Shown piece after piece: positions 1 through 9,600 of a stretch of 13,234 nt of DNA. A program made the position numbers and the translations under genes. The stretch is taken from the IMG/VR virus record IMGVR_UViG_2850778813_000008. One strand, written 5' to 3'. Numbering within the stretch: position 1 is the first letter of the stretch; each line of letters starts with the position of its first letter. The notes beneath the pieces are model-generated. The model was given only the letters and a program-made list of their open reading frames with translations. It did no database searches and had not been told where the DNA came from. Origin of the DNA: a virus (lineage: Duplodnaviria > Heunggongvirae > Uroviricota > Caudoviricetes).

Positions 1-846
1 CTACGATAACCGCGCATTCAACATGGCTATCTGTTCGTCGTTCATGTCATCAATCCACATACCGTAAATTTCATACACCATTTGCGCAGTTTCATGCCCC
101 ATCTGGCTGGCTATAAATGCCGGGTTCGCTCCTGCCGTCAACAGCCAGCAGGCAAAAGTATGTCGCGTATGGTACGGATTACGGCGGCGAATACCAGCAC
201 GTTTTACTGCTGCATTCCATCTTGCACCCAAACTGCTTACCGAGTAATAAGGTTTCTGTTTTTCGTTACACACCCTGGGCATGAAAACAAAATGCAGTTT
301 TTGCTTTTCAGTTCTGCCGTACTCCCGATGATAAAAAGTGATTTCGCTTTTGCGATGATGCCCGGTCAGTTTGTATTGCTCCTTCAGTGCTTCAAGAGCC
401 GGCTGCAGTAATGTTACCGTCCGGATCCCGGCATTTGTTTTTGGGGGACCGAACATATCAAGTATCGTCAGGTTTCTTCTGACATTCACAATTCCCTTCT
501 CGAAATCCACATCCTCCCACGCCAGAGCTGCCAGTTCCCCGTGACGAAGCCCGGAGTAAACGGCAAATTTCCACAAGTTTTGGCTCTGTCCTTTTTCACT
601 TTCCATTAATGCATTGAATTCTGTTTTAGATAACGGGTCAGGTTTTATTCTGTTTCGCTGTAATTTTTTTACTCCTTCAAATGGTTTGGTTGATATAAAT
701 CCCGACTGATACGCAAAACGTAACAACGAACAGAGCAGGGCGATATAGTTATCAACTGTGCGCACGATTCTTCCTTTTTTGTTGGATCTTGGATTATCTA
801 GGTAAAGCGTTTCTCCATGCAGCAGTTCATTCCGGTAGTTTAAGAT
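1..846 (-). pseudogene. Phage-type tyrosine recombinase (integrase), 5'-truncated by IS600; C-terminal catalytic domain intact
   Basis: Minus-strand frame open from the IS600 boundary (846) to a stop at 1-3; C-terminal region has tyrosine-recombinase box II signature HTRHTFACWLL...MGHETAQMVYEIYGMW and upstream RHGELAALAWEDVD. Track ORF 1..765 starts at an internal GTG; the frame continues upstream without stops to the IS600 left end, so the N-terminal part is missing. Confidence 0.7.
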
Positions 847-1241
847 TGAGGTAGCCTGAGTTTAACGGACACTCCTTCCTGAAATAGAATGGCATCAGAA
901 GGAGCTAATAATGAGCAGAAAAAACCAACGTTACTCTAAAGAGTTCAAAGCCGAAGCTGTCAGAACGGTTCTTGAAAATCAACTTTCGATCAGTGAAGGC
1001 GCTTCCCGATTATCCCTTCCTGAAGGCACTTTAGGACAATGGGTTACCGCCGCCAGAAAAGGGCTCGGTACTCCTGGTTCCCGCACGGTGGCTGAACTGG
1101 AATCTGAAATTCTGCAACTGCGTAAGGCGTTAAATGAAGCTCGCCTTGAGCGAGATATATTAAAAAAAGCAACAGCGTATTTTGCACAGGAGTCGCTGAA
1201 AAATACGCGTTAATCGAACAATGGCGACAACAATTTCCCAT
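847..1241 (+). mobile_element. IS600 (IS3 family), 5' fragment only (left IR plus orfA); interrupted by IS629
   Basis: Starts TGAGGTAGCCTGAGTTTAACGGACAC, identical to the left end of the complete copy at 6035; sequence follows the complete copy until ~1241, then IS629 left IR begins. Junction ambiguous over 4 nt (TGAA shared). Confidence 0.8.
911..1213 (+). CDS. IS600 OrfA (IS3-family transposase N-terminal HTH protein)
   Basis: 100-aa ORF MSRKNQRYSKEFKAEAVRTVLENQ... recalled as IS600 orfA; differs from copy at 6099-6401 at two residues (R/C, A/V). Confidence 0.85.
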   Translation: MSRKNQRYSKEFKAEAVRTVLENQLSISEGASRLSLPEGTLGQWVTAARKGLGTPGSRTVAELESEILQLRKALNEARLERDILKKATAYFAQESLKNTR

Positions 1242-1295
1242 TGAACCGCCCCGGGAATCCTGGAGACTAAACTCCCTGAGAAAGAGGTAAACAGG

Positions 1296-1622
1296 ATGAC
1301 TAAAAATACTCGTTTTTCCCCCGAAGTCCGTCAGAGGGCGATTCGTATGGTTCTGGAAAGTCAGGGCGAATATGACTCACAGTGGGCGGCAATTTGTTCC
1401 ATTGCCCCAAAGATTGGCTGTACACCGGAGACTCTGCGTGTCTGGGTACGCCAGCATGAGCGGGATACCGGAGGCGGTGATGGCGGGCTCACCACCGCTG
1501 AACGTCAGCGTCTGAAAGAGCTGGAACGTGAAAATCGTGAACTGCGCCGCAGTAACGATATCCTTCGCCAGGCTTCCGCTTATTTTGCGAAGGCGAAGTT
1601 CGACCGCCTCTGGAAAAAGTGA
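1296..1622 (+). CDS. IS629 OrfA
   Basis: 108-aa [36 protein letters not shown]..., HTH-type IS3-family orfA; ends W-K-K-stop over an A-rich run just before orfB. Confidence 0.8.
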   Translation: MTKNTRFSPEVRQRAIRMVLESQGEYDSQWAAICSIAPKIGCTPETLRVWVRQHERDTGGGDGGLTTAERQRLKELERENRELRRSNDILRQASAYFAKAKFDRLWKK

Positions 1623-2509
1623 TGCCACTGCTGGATAAGCTGCGTAAGCTGTACGGGGTCGGACCGGTATGCAGTGAACTACATATTGCCCCGTCAACGT
1701 ATTACCACTGTCAGCAACAGCGACATCATCCTGATAAACGCAGTGCCCGTGCGCAGCGCGATGACTGGCTGAAGAAAGAGATACTGCGTGTATACGATGG
1801 GAATCATCAGGTATACGGTGTGCGTAAAGTCTGGCGTCAGTTGTTACGGGAAGGTATCAGAGTGGCCAGATGCACTGTGGCACGTCTCATGGCGGTTATG
1901 GGACTTGCCGGTGTTCTCCGGGGTAAAAAGGTCCGTACGACCATCAGCCGGAAAGCCGTTGCCGCAGGCGACCGCGTAAACCGTCAGTTCGTGGCAGAAC
2001 GACCTGACCAGCTGTGGGTGGCTGATTTTACTTACGTCAGCACATGGCAGGGCTTCGTCTATGTGGCGTTCATCATTGATGTGTTTGCCGGATACATCGT
2101 GGGGTGGCGGGTCTCATCGTCCATGGAAACGACATTCGTGCTGGATGCTCTGGAGCAGGCGTTATGGGCCCGTCGACCGTCCGGCACGGTCCATCACAGT
2201 GATAAAGGTTCTCAGTATGTATCGCTGGCCTACACACAGCGGCTTAAGGAAGCCGGATTACTGGCATCAACAGGAAGTACAGGCGACTCGTATGACAACG
2301 CGATGGCGGAGAGCATCAATGGTCTTTACAAAGCGGAGGTAATACACCGTAAGAGCTGGAAAAACCGTGCAGAAGTGGAACTGGCCACACTCACGTGGGT
2401 GGACTGGTATAATAATCGACGATTGCTGGAAAGGCTGGGCCATACTCCTCCGGCAGAAGCAGAAAAAGCTTATTATGCTTCCATCGGAAACGATGATCTG
2501 GCAGCCTGA
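1619..2509 (+). CDS. IS629 OrfB (DDE transposase catalytic domain; normally expressed as OrfAB by -1 frameshift)
   Basis: 296-aa ORF in -1 frame relative to orfA, overlapping its stop; contains DDE-type region (...WVADFTYV..., ...HHSDKGSQY..., ...YDNAMAES...). Confidence 0.85.
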   Translation: MMPLLDKLRKLYGVGPVCSELHIAPSTYYHCQQQRHHPDKRSARAQRDDWLKKEILRVYDGNHQVYGVRKVWRQLLREGIRVARCTVARLMAVMGLAGVLRGKKVRTTISRKAVAAGDRVNRQFVAERPDQLWVADFTYVSTWQGFVYVAFIIDVFAGYIVGWRVSSSMETTFVLDALEQALWARRPSGTVHHSDKGSQYVSLAYTQRLKEAGLLASTGSTGDSYDNAMAESINGLYKAEVIHRKSWKNRAEVELATLTWVDWYNNRRLLERLGHTPPAEAEKAYYASIGNDDLAA

Positions 2510-2551
2510 GTTCACAGATAAAACACTCTCCAGGAAACCCGGGGCGGTTCA

Positions 2552-3449
<898 letters not shown>

Positions 3450-3596
3450 TGGAGCACCTGTGTTGTTCTGAGGTGAGCATATCACCTCTGTTCAGGTGGC
3501 CAAATTCAGTGTGCCACTTCAGCCCGAAAGGGCGGGGAGCAGTCACACATCTGTTTCCGATAGCCCCGTTCTAATGCTACACTCTTTGATATTTTT

Positions 3597-4283
3597 ATGA
3601 CCCCAATAAACATATTTATGACAGTTGCTGATTTCAAACGGCCCAAATTGGAGCTCCCAAACGGGGCAAACAAACTACTACTGCACTCTTGCTGTGCTCC
3701 ATGTTCCGGTGAGGTGATGGAGGCGCTTCAGGCCTCGGGAATCGACTACACCATCTTTTTCTACAACCCGAACATTCATCCTCAGAAAGAGTATTTAATT
3801 CGTAAGGATGAGAATATTCGCTTTGCTGAACAACACGGCGTGCCGTTTATTGATGCTGATTACGACACAGACAACTGGTTTGAACGAGCCAAAGGAATGG
3901 AATGGGAGCCCGAACGAGGGATCCGTTGCACCATGTGTTTTGACATGCGTTTTGAGCGGACAGCGCTGTACGCCGCTGAAAATGGTTTCAGTGTGATCAG
4001 CAGTTCACTGGGCATTTCACGCTGGAAAAATATGCAGCAGGTTAACGACTGTGGGCGGCGAGCCGTCGCGCATTATCCGGGCATGGTGTACTGGGATTAT
4101 AACTGGCGCAAGCAGGGAGGCTCGTCCCGTATGATTGAAATCAGCAAGCGCGAAAAATTCTATCAGCAGGAATATTGTGGCTGTGTGTATTCTCTGCGCG
4201 ATACCAATCTACACCGCAAATCTCAGGGACGCCCTCTTATCAAAATTGGTCAACTCCACTACGGTAAAGAAGAGAAGGAGTGA
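3597..4283 (+). CDS. QueH-like protein (DUF208 / epoxyqueuosine reductase family), tentative
   Basis: 228-aa ORF with [11 protein letters not shown] motif near N-terminus plus downstream CTMCF and EYCGCVY cysteine motifs, as recalled for the QueH/DUF208 family. Start uncertain (ATG 3597 or 3618); no strong SD at either. Confidence 0.5.
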   Translation: MTPINIFMTVADFKRPKLELPNGANKLLLHSCCAPCSGEVMEALQASGIDYTIFFYNPNIHPQKEYLIRKDENIRFAEQHGVPFIDADYDTDNWFERAKGMEWEPERGIRCTMCFDMRFERTALYAAENGFSVISSSLGISRWKNMQQVNDCGRRAVAHYPGMVYWDYNWRKQGGSSRMIEISKREKFYQQEYCGCVYSLRDTNLHRKSQGRPLIKIGQLHYGKEEKE

Positions 4284-4304
4284 TTTTATGGGGCACCTTT
4301 CTGA

Positions 4305-4334
4305 TTGATTTCATATTGGCGAGGTAAGTAGAAT
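4305..4334 (+). promoter_or_regulatory. Candidate sigma70 promoter for the hok transcript (TTGATT-N18-TAGAAT)
   Basis: TTGATT at 4305-4310 and TAGAAT at 4329-4334; would place transcript start ~4340, just at the 5' fold-back element and ~170 nt upstream of hok. Confidence 0.35.
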
Positions 4335-4338
4335 GACT

Positions 4339-4352
4339 GCGGGTGCTTGAGG
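4339..4352 (+). promoter_or_regulatory. hok mRNA 5' element complementary to the 3' end (fold-back inhibition-type pairing partner)
   Basis: GCGGGTGCTTGAGG (4339-4352) is near-perfectly complementary to CCTCAACGCACCCGC at 4723-4737 (one extra G), ~385 nt apart, flanking the hok ORF. Confidence 0.45.
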
Positions 4353-4510
4353 CTATCTGCTTCAGGCATGAACACTAAAAGGCAGATAGAGAAAAGCCCC
4401 AGTTAACATTACGCGTCCGGCAAGACGCTTAACATTAATCTGAGGCCAATTTCATGCTTTGCACATGTAGGTTAGCCTCTTACATGCCGAAAGGCAAGGA
4501 GAAGCAGGCT

Positions 4511-4666
4511 ATGAAGCAGCAAAAGGCGATGTTAATCGCCCTGATCGTCATCTGTTTAACCGTCATAGTGACGGCACTGGTAACGAGGAAAGACCTCTGT
4601 GAGGTACGAATCCGAACCGGCCAGACGGAGGTCGCTGTCTTCGTAGACTACGAATCCAGGAAGTAA
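4511..4666 (+). CDS. hok: Hok/Gef-family type I toxin (HokD/RelF-like)
   Basis: MKQQKAMLIALIVICLTVIVTALVTRKDLCEVRIRTGQTEVAVFVDYESRK: N-terminal TM helix and conserved LCE..R.G..EVA.F..YE tail; from memory matches E. coli HokD/RelF except the last ~7 residues. AGGAGA SD-like sequence 9 nt upstream. An in-frame upstream ATG at 4454 gives the 70-codon track ORF (mok-like position). Confidence 0.8.
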   Translation: MKQQKAMLIALIVICLTVIVTALVTRKDLCEVRIRTGQTEVAVFVDYESRK

Positions 4667-4722
4667 GAGTGACCGGGCGGGGAGCTGATCCCATCCCCGC
4701 CCACCTCTGATGTGTCAGGCAT

Positions 4723-4737
4723 CCTCAACGCACCCGC
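4723..4737 (+). promoter_or_regulatory. hok mRNA 3' element complementary to 5' element at 4339-4352
   Basis: CCTCAACGCACCCGC pairs with GCGGGTGCTTGAGG; position just upstream of the terminator matches hok-family mRNA architecture. Confidence 0.45.
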
Positions 4738-4743
4738 ACTTAA

Positions 4744-4786
4744 CCCGCCCATCGCTGTGATCTCTCAGCGTTTCGGCGGGTTTTTT
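4744..4786 (+). terminator. Rho-independent terminator-like structure downstream of hok
   Basis: CCCGCC (4744-4749) pairs GGCGGG (4775-4780) with inner CGCTG/CAGCG helix, followed by TTTTTT (4781-4786). Confidence 0.45.
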
Positions 4787-4806
4787 GTTGTTTATTTCCG
4801 GTGAAT

Positions 4807-4834
4807 TTGATTCGCGCACCTTCGCAGATAGAAT
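4807..4834 (+). promoter_or_regulatory. Candidate sigma70 promoter (TTGATT-N16-TAGAAT) upstream of the 4916 operon
   Basis: TTGATT 4807-4812, TAGAAT 4829-4834; same hexamer pair as the candidate at 4305. Confidence 0.3.
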
Positions 4835-4915
4835 CGACTCACTTAAGTAGCGCGCAGGGAGAAGAGGGATGGACCCCGAACAGGGGAGAGCTATTTATCT
4901 GGAAGGATTCTGAAG

Positions 4916-5203
4916 ATGAAAATCGAAGAATTGCGTGAAATTTTTAGTGAAAATGGCCTCTATGCTGTGCGCGTTGAGAATGGAGCGATTGTCAGCCATT
5001 GCCGCATTAGATGTTTGCAATCTCAACAAAGGAAGAGCGGTGCTGTGTTATTTTATTTTTGTAATGGACTTCTGACGGACGGTTTTATTTTGCGTGAGGA
5101 CGAATTTGTCACATCATTACGGGTTTTGAAAGAGATTGGTTTTAAGGCTGGTTTTCTGCTTTTGCTGAAGAATAAACTCATCTACAATCTTGAGCAGGAT
5201 TGA
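4916..5203 (+). CDS. Hypothetical small prophage protein (95 aa)
   Basis: ORF with GAAGA upstream, overlapping the next ORF by 14 nt (translational coupling); occupies the position of rem in Qin-type prophages (positional inference only). Confidence 0.4.
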   Translation: MKIEELREIFSENGLYAVRVENGAIVSHCRIRCLQSQQRKSGAVLFYFCNGLLTDGFILREDEFVTSLRVLKEIGFKAGFLLLLKNKLIYNLEQD

Positions 5204-5840
5204 ACTCCTGCTGTGTAACACCGTGCCACCGGAGAAAGCCGATGGCCATATACAACTGATCAAACAAACCTCTTCCGGATTACTTCTCCCGGCGACGCCG
5301 GAGAGTTGCGATTTTCTGCATCAAATCAAAACAGGTGAGTGGATACACGCAGACTTTAAGCGTGTGCGTAACTACGCATTCCACAAGCGTTTTTTCAAAC
5401 TCCTGCAACTGGGATTCGATTACTGGACTCCGATCGGTGGGGCGATTACGCCTCGCGAACGAGAACTGGTATCAGGCTTCGTTGAGTACCTGTGCGAATC
5501 AGTAGGCCGGGAACATACGCCAGCTCTGAGCGAAGCCGCAGAGCAATATCTGAATACAGTTGCGACACGCAGAACCCGAGATACAGCATTGCTAAAGTCG
5601 TTTGAGGCTTTCCGCGAGTGGGTAACCATTCAGGCCGGATTTTACACCGAGCATATTTATCCGGACGGTAGCCGTGGGCGCAGGGCGAAATCCATCTCGT
5701 TTGCGAATATGGACGAAACCGAGTTTCAGCAGGTTTATAAATCTGTGCTGAATGTACTGTTGAACTGGATCCTGTTCCGTAAATTTTCCTCTCCGGAACA
5801 AGTCGAAAATGTGGCCGCGCAGCTACTGGAGTTTGCGTAA
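5190..5840 (+). CDS. Prophage nin-region protein, possibly DUF1367 family (tentative)
   Basis: 216-aa ORF, stop overlaps next start (TAATG at 5838-5842); family assignment from weak recollection and gene order, not verified. Confidence 0.45.
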   Translation: MSRIELLLCNTVPPEKADGHIQLIKQTSSGLLLPATPESCDFLHQIKTGEWIHADFKRVRNYAFHKRFFKLLQLGFDYWTPIGGAITPRERELVSGFVEYLCESVGREHTPALSEAAEQYLNTVATRRTRDTALLKSFEAFREWVTIQAGFYTEHIYPDGSRGRRAKSISFANMDETEFQQVYKSVLNVLLNWILFRKFSSPEQVENVAAQLLEFA

Positions 5841-6034
5841 TGGTGGATTTACGTAAAGCGGCGCGGGGGCAGATGTGCACCGTCAGAATTCCTGGCTACT
5901 GCAATCACGATCCGGAAACGTCTGTGCTGGCGCATTACCGACTGGCGGGTAAAAACAAGCGATTACACCAAAGAAGAATTACGCCTGATGCATGCAGAAG
6001 GTGTTTTTCGCACGCAAGAAATCTGGAGAAAGGA
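5840..6034 (+). pseudogene. ybcO-like (DUF1364) gene remnant: internal ~100-bp deletion/frameshift, then interrupted near its 3' end by IS600
   Basis: N-terminus MVDLRKAARGQMCTVRIPGYCNHDPETSVLAHYRLAG resembles recalled YbcO N-terminus; after RLAG homology moves to another frame (...EGVFRTQEIWRKEGYL-stop resembles the YbcO C-terminal tail) and that frame's TGA overlaps the Q-like ATG once IS600 is removed. Stop of track ORF 5840..6037 is the TGA of the IS600 left IR. Confidence 0.45.
6032..6034. repeat. Target-site duplication GGA (left) of IS600 copy 2
   Basis: GGA immediately left of IS600 IRL; identical GGA at 7299-7301 right of IRR. Confidence 0.6.
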
Positions 6035-6098
6035 TGAGGTAGCCTGAGTTTAACGGACACTCCTTCCTGAAATAGAATGGCATCAGAAGGAGCTAATA

Positions 6099-6401
6099 AT
6101 GAGCAGAAAAAACCAACGTTACTCTAAAGAGTTCAAAGCCGAAGCTGTCAGAACGGTTCTTGAAAATCAACTTTCGATCAGTGAAGGCGCTTCCCGATTA
6201 TCCCTTCCTGAAGGCACTTTAGGACAATGGGTTACCGCCGCCAGAAAAGGGCTCGGTACTCCTGGTTCCCGCACGGTGGCTGAACTGGAATCTGAAATTC
6301 TGCAACTGCGTAAGGCGTTAAATGAAGCTTGCCTTGAGCGAGATATATTAAAAAAAGCAACCGTGTATTTTGCACAGGAGTCGCTGAAAAATACGCGTTA
6401 A
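6099..6401 (+). CDS. IS600 OrfA
   Basis: 100-aa ORF, near-identical to 911-1213; A-rich slippery run (ATTAAAAAAAG) near 6350-6357. Confidence 0.85.
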   Translation: MSRKNQRYSKEFKAEAVRTVLENQLSISEGASRLSLPEGTLGQWVTAARKGLGTPGSRTVAELESEILQLRKALNEACLERDILKKATVYFAQESLKNTR

Positions 6402-6436
6402 TCGAACAATGGCGACAACAATTTCCCATTGAAGCG

Positions 6437-7255
6437 ATGTGTCAGGTATTTGGTGTATCCAGGAGCGGTTATTACAACTGGGTACAGCATGAACCCTCAG
6501 ACAGAAAACAAAGTGATGAGCGGCTAAAACTGGAGATTAAGGTGGCACATATCCGCACTCGCGAAACATATGGAACCCGGCGGCTCCAGACGGAGCTGGC
6601 AGAGAATGGCATCATCGTTGGTCGTGACCGACTGGCACGTCTTCGTAAGGAGCTAAGGCTACGCTGTAAGCAGAAACGCAAGTTCAGAGCGACTACGAAC
6701 CCGAACCACAATCTGCCAGTTGCGCCAAATCTGCTGAACCAGACGTTCGCTCCTACAGCACCAAATCAGGTCTGGGTGGCGGACCTGACGTATGTTGCCA
6801 CACAGGAGGGATGGTTGTACCTCGCTGGCATCAAAGATGTTTATACGTGCGAAATTGTCGGCTACGCCATGGGAGAGCGCATGACAAAAGAGCTGACAGG
6901 TAAAGCCCTGTTTATGGCGCTCAGGAGCCAGCGCCCACCTGCCGGGCTAATCCACCACTCTGATCGAGGTTCACAGTACTGCGCATACGATTACCGGGTC
7001 ATACAGGAGCAGTCTGGTCTGAAAACATCAATGTCGCGTAAAGGTCACTGTTACGACAACGCTCCGATGGAAAGCTTCTGGGGAACGCTGAAAAATGAGA
7101 GCCTGAGCCACTATCGTTTTAATAACCGGAATGAAGCCATCTCAGTAATACGGGAATACATTGAGATTTTCTACAATCGTCAGCGTCGTCACTCTCGTCT
7201 GGGGAATATCTCCCCGGCAGCCTTCAGGGAAAAATATCATCAGATGGCTGCTTAA
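6437..7255 (+). CDS. IS600 OrfB (DDE transposase domain)
   Basis: 272-aa ORF with ...WVADLTYV..., ...HHSDRGSQY..., ...YDNAPMESF... motifs. Confidence 0.85.
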   Translation: MCQVFGVSRSGYYNWVQHEPSDRKQSDERLKLEIKVAHIRTRETYGTRRLQTELAENGIIVGRDRLARLRKELRLRCKQKRKFRATTNPNHNLPVAPNLLNQTFAPTAPNQVWVADLTYVATQEGWLYLAGIKDVYTCEIVGYAMGERMTKELTGKALFMALRSQRPPAGLIHHSDRGSQYCAYDYRVIQEQSGLKTSMSRKGHCYDNAPMESFWGTLKNESLSHYRFNNRNEAISVIREYIEIFYNRQRRHSRLGNISPAAFREKYHQMAA

Positions 7256-7298
7256 AAAAAGAACAAATGGTAGTGTCCGCTATTGCCAGTACACCTCA

Positions 7299-7301
7299 GG
7301 A
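7299..7301. repeat. Target-site duplication GGA (right) of IS600 copy 2
   Basis: See 6032-6034. Confidence 0.6.
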
Positions 7302-7310
7302 AGGTTATTT

Positions 7311-7865
7311 ATGATTTACCCAACAAATACAGGCAAAAGCGGGGAACACCTTCGTCTCACCACGCTGGAAAGTGTCTGGATTCAGGGAAAACTGCGCATG
7401 TGGGGGCGCTGGTCGTATATTGGCGGCGGTAAGACGGGGAATATGTTCAACCAGTTGTTGGCCTCTAAAAAGCTGACAAAAACGGCAATTAACGAGGCGC
7501 TCCGGAGGATGAAAAAAGCAGGTCTGAACAAGTCTGAACTTGAGGCTTTTTTGCGGGATATGATTAACGGTAAGCAAAAGAGCTGGCTGGCGCATTGTAC
7601 TGATGCAGAGGCGTTATGTATTGATCGGGTCATAAGTGAGGTGCTGGCAGAGCATCCAGGATTGATTAGCGTCCTTCGGCAACGGTATGAGGGGCGGGGG
7701 ATGACCAAACGCAAAATGGCTGAACTGCTGAATGATGCACACCCGAAATGGAGTTTAAGAACCTGTGAAAGACGCATTGAGCATTGGCTAAAGGTGGCAG
7801 AATTTATTTTGTACAAACCAATGGTTATGGCTTTTGGTATAGAGAAAAAAGTTATTGCTTTTTGA
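7311..7865 (+). CDS. Putative late-gene antitermination protein Q-like (184 aa)
   Basis: ORF from ATG 7311 containing LESVW...WGRW, resembling the LE.WG.W motif recalled for Q-family proteins; followed by terminator and tRNA cluster as in lambdoid Q-PR'-tR' regions. Track ORF 7161..7865 starts inside IS600 and is rejected as the native start. Confidence 0.5.
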   Translation: MIYPTNTGKSGEHLRLTTLESVWIQGKLRMWGRWSYIGGGKTGNMFNQLLASKKLTKTAINEALRRMKKAGLNKSELEAFLRDMINGKQKSWLAHCTDAEALCIDRVISEVLAEHPGLISVLRQRYEGRGMTKRKMAELLNDAHPKWSLRTCERRIEHWLKVAEFILYKPMVMAFGIEKKVIAF

Positions 7866-7942
7866 CGTAAAAACTGCTTCAATTCTTGTACGCTTCGCAA
7901 AGCTGTACCGCGAGGCGAATAGCAGACATGGACATTTGAAAG

Positions 7943-7966
7943 AGCCCGCTTTATGCGGGTTTTTTT
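7943..7966 (+). terminator. Rho-independent terminator (tR'-like) downstream of Q-like gene
   Basis: AGCCCGC-TTTAT-GCGGGT hairpin followed by T7 run (7960-7966). Confidence 0.6.
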
Positions 7967-8054
7967 ATACCTGAAAAACGGCACAGGACGTTAAACGTGC
8001 TGGTGGTCAGATGAGTTTGCAGATGTGATGACATATGGTTATTATTCTGCCTCC

Positions 8055-8131
8055 GGCCCTTTAGCTCAGTTGGTCAGAGCGAGCGACTCATAATCGCCAG
8101 GTCGCTGGTTCAAGTCCAGCAAGGGCCACCA
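8055..8131 (+). tRNA. tRNA with CAU anticodon, Ile2 (ileX/ileZ-like) by similarity; Met not excluded
   Basis: Hand-folded cloverleaf: acceptor GGCCCTT/AAGGGCC, anticodon loop CTCATAA (CAT at 8089-8091), T-loop TTCAAGT, 3' CCA encoded; resembles recalled E. coli ileX. Confidence 0.75.
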
Positions 8132-8132
8132 A

Positions 8133-8209
8133 CCACCACTAGCTCATCCGGATAGAGCATCAACCTTCTAAGTTGACGGTGCGAGGTTCGAGTCCTCGGT
8201 GGTGGGCCA
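8133..8209 (+). tRNA. tRNA-Arg (UCU)
   Basis: Acceptor CCACCAC/GTGGTGG, anticodon loop CTTCTAA (TCT at 8167-8169), T-loop TTCGAGT, CCA encoded; unusual C1-G72. Confidence 0.7.
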
Positions 8210-8211
8210 GC

Positions 8212-8287
<76 letters not shown>

Positions 8288-8290
8288 TAT

Positions 8291-8351
<61 letters not shown>

Positions 8352-8423
8352 TGAAGTGGCACACTGAATTTGGCCACCTGAACAGAGGTGATATGCTCAC
8401 CTCAGAACAACACAGGTGCTCCA

Positions 8424-9592
<1,169 letters not shown>

Positions 9593-9600
9593 CCACTTCA

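Larger units (their letters stand above)
1242..2551 (+). mobile_element. IS629 (IS3 family; IS1203/IS3411-like), complete 1310-bp copy
   Basis: Left IR TGAACCGCCCCGGGAATCCTGGAGA at 1242 and inverted right end ...TCTCCAGGAAACCCGGGGCGGTTCA ending at 2551; two overlapping ORFs in orfA/orfB arrangement. Flanks are IS600 (left) and IS911 (right), so no target duplication. Confidence 0.85.
6035..7298 (+). mobile_element. IS600 (IS3 family), complete 1264-bp copy with 3-bp direct repeats
   Basis: TGAGGTAGCCTGAG... at 6035 and ...GTACACCTCA ending 7298 (imperfect terminal IR, TG...CA ends); orfA plus orfB; flanked by GGA/GGA. Confidence 0.85.

Noticed and set aside
82-411. 109-aa plus-strand ORF inside the integrase region
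   Set aside because: Antisense to the integrase catalytic domain, which has clear family motifs; no supporting features.
4454-4510. Upstream in-frame extension of hok as the true toxin start
   Set aside because: The hok-family homology and the SD-like AGGAGA support the start at 4511; the upstream ATG gives a 70-codon mok-like frame that I cannot confirm as a separate gene.
5420-5880. Three overlapping minus-strand ORFs (69, 144, 69 aa) opposite the 216-aa gene
   Set aside because: Antisense to a coherent plus-strand operon with translational coupling; no independent start or RBS signals; likely spurious.
7161-7865. Track ORF giving a 234-aa protein that starts inside IS600 and runs into the Q-like gene
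   Set aside because: The first 50 codons are IS600 right-end sequence and the 12-bp spacer; the native start is more plausibly the ATG at 7311, which overlaps the ybcO-like stop in the pre-insertion sequence. A fusion product from IS600 read-through is possible but unsupported.
5840-7865. Possibility that the 65-aa ORF and the Q-like ORF were once a single ~250-aa gene, since they are in frame across the IS600 insertion site
   Set aside because: A YbcO-like C-terminal tail ending in TGA that overlaps the Q ATG is present in a different frame, which better explains the region as two genes (broken ybcO-like plus Q-like); in-frame continuity is likely coincidental. Not fully excluded.
7382-7984. 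200-aa minus-strand ORF antisense to the Q-like gene
   Set aside because: Lies entirely antisense to a better-supported plus-strand gene, has low-complexity composition and runs across the terminator; treated as a chance open frame.
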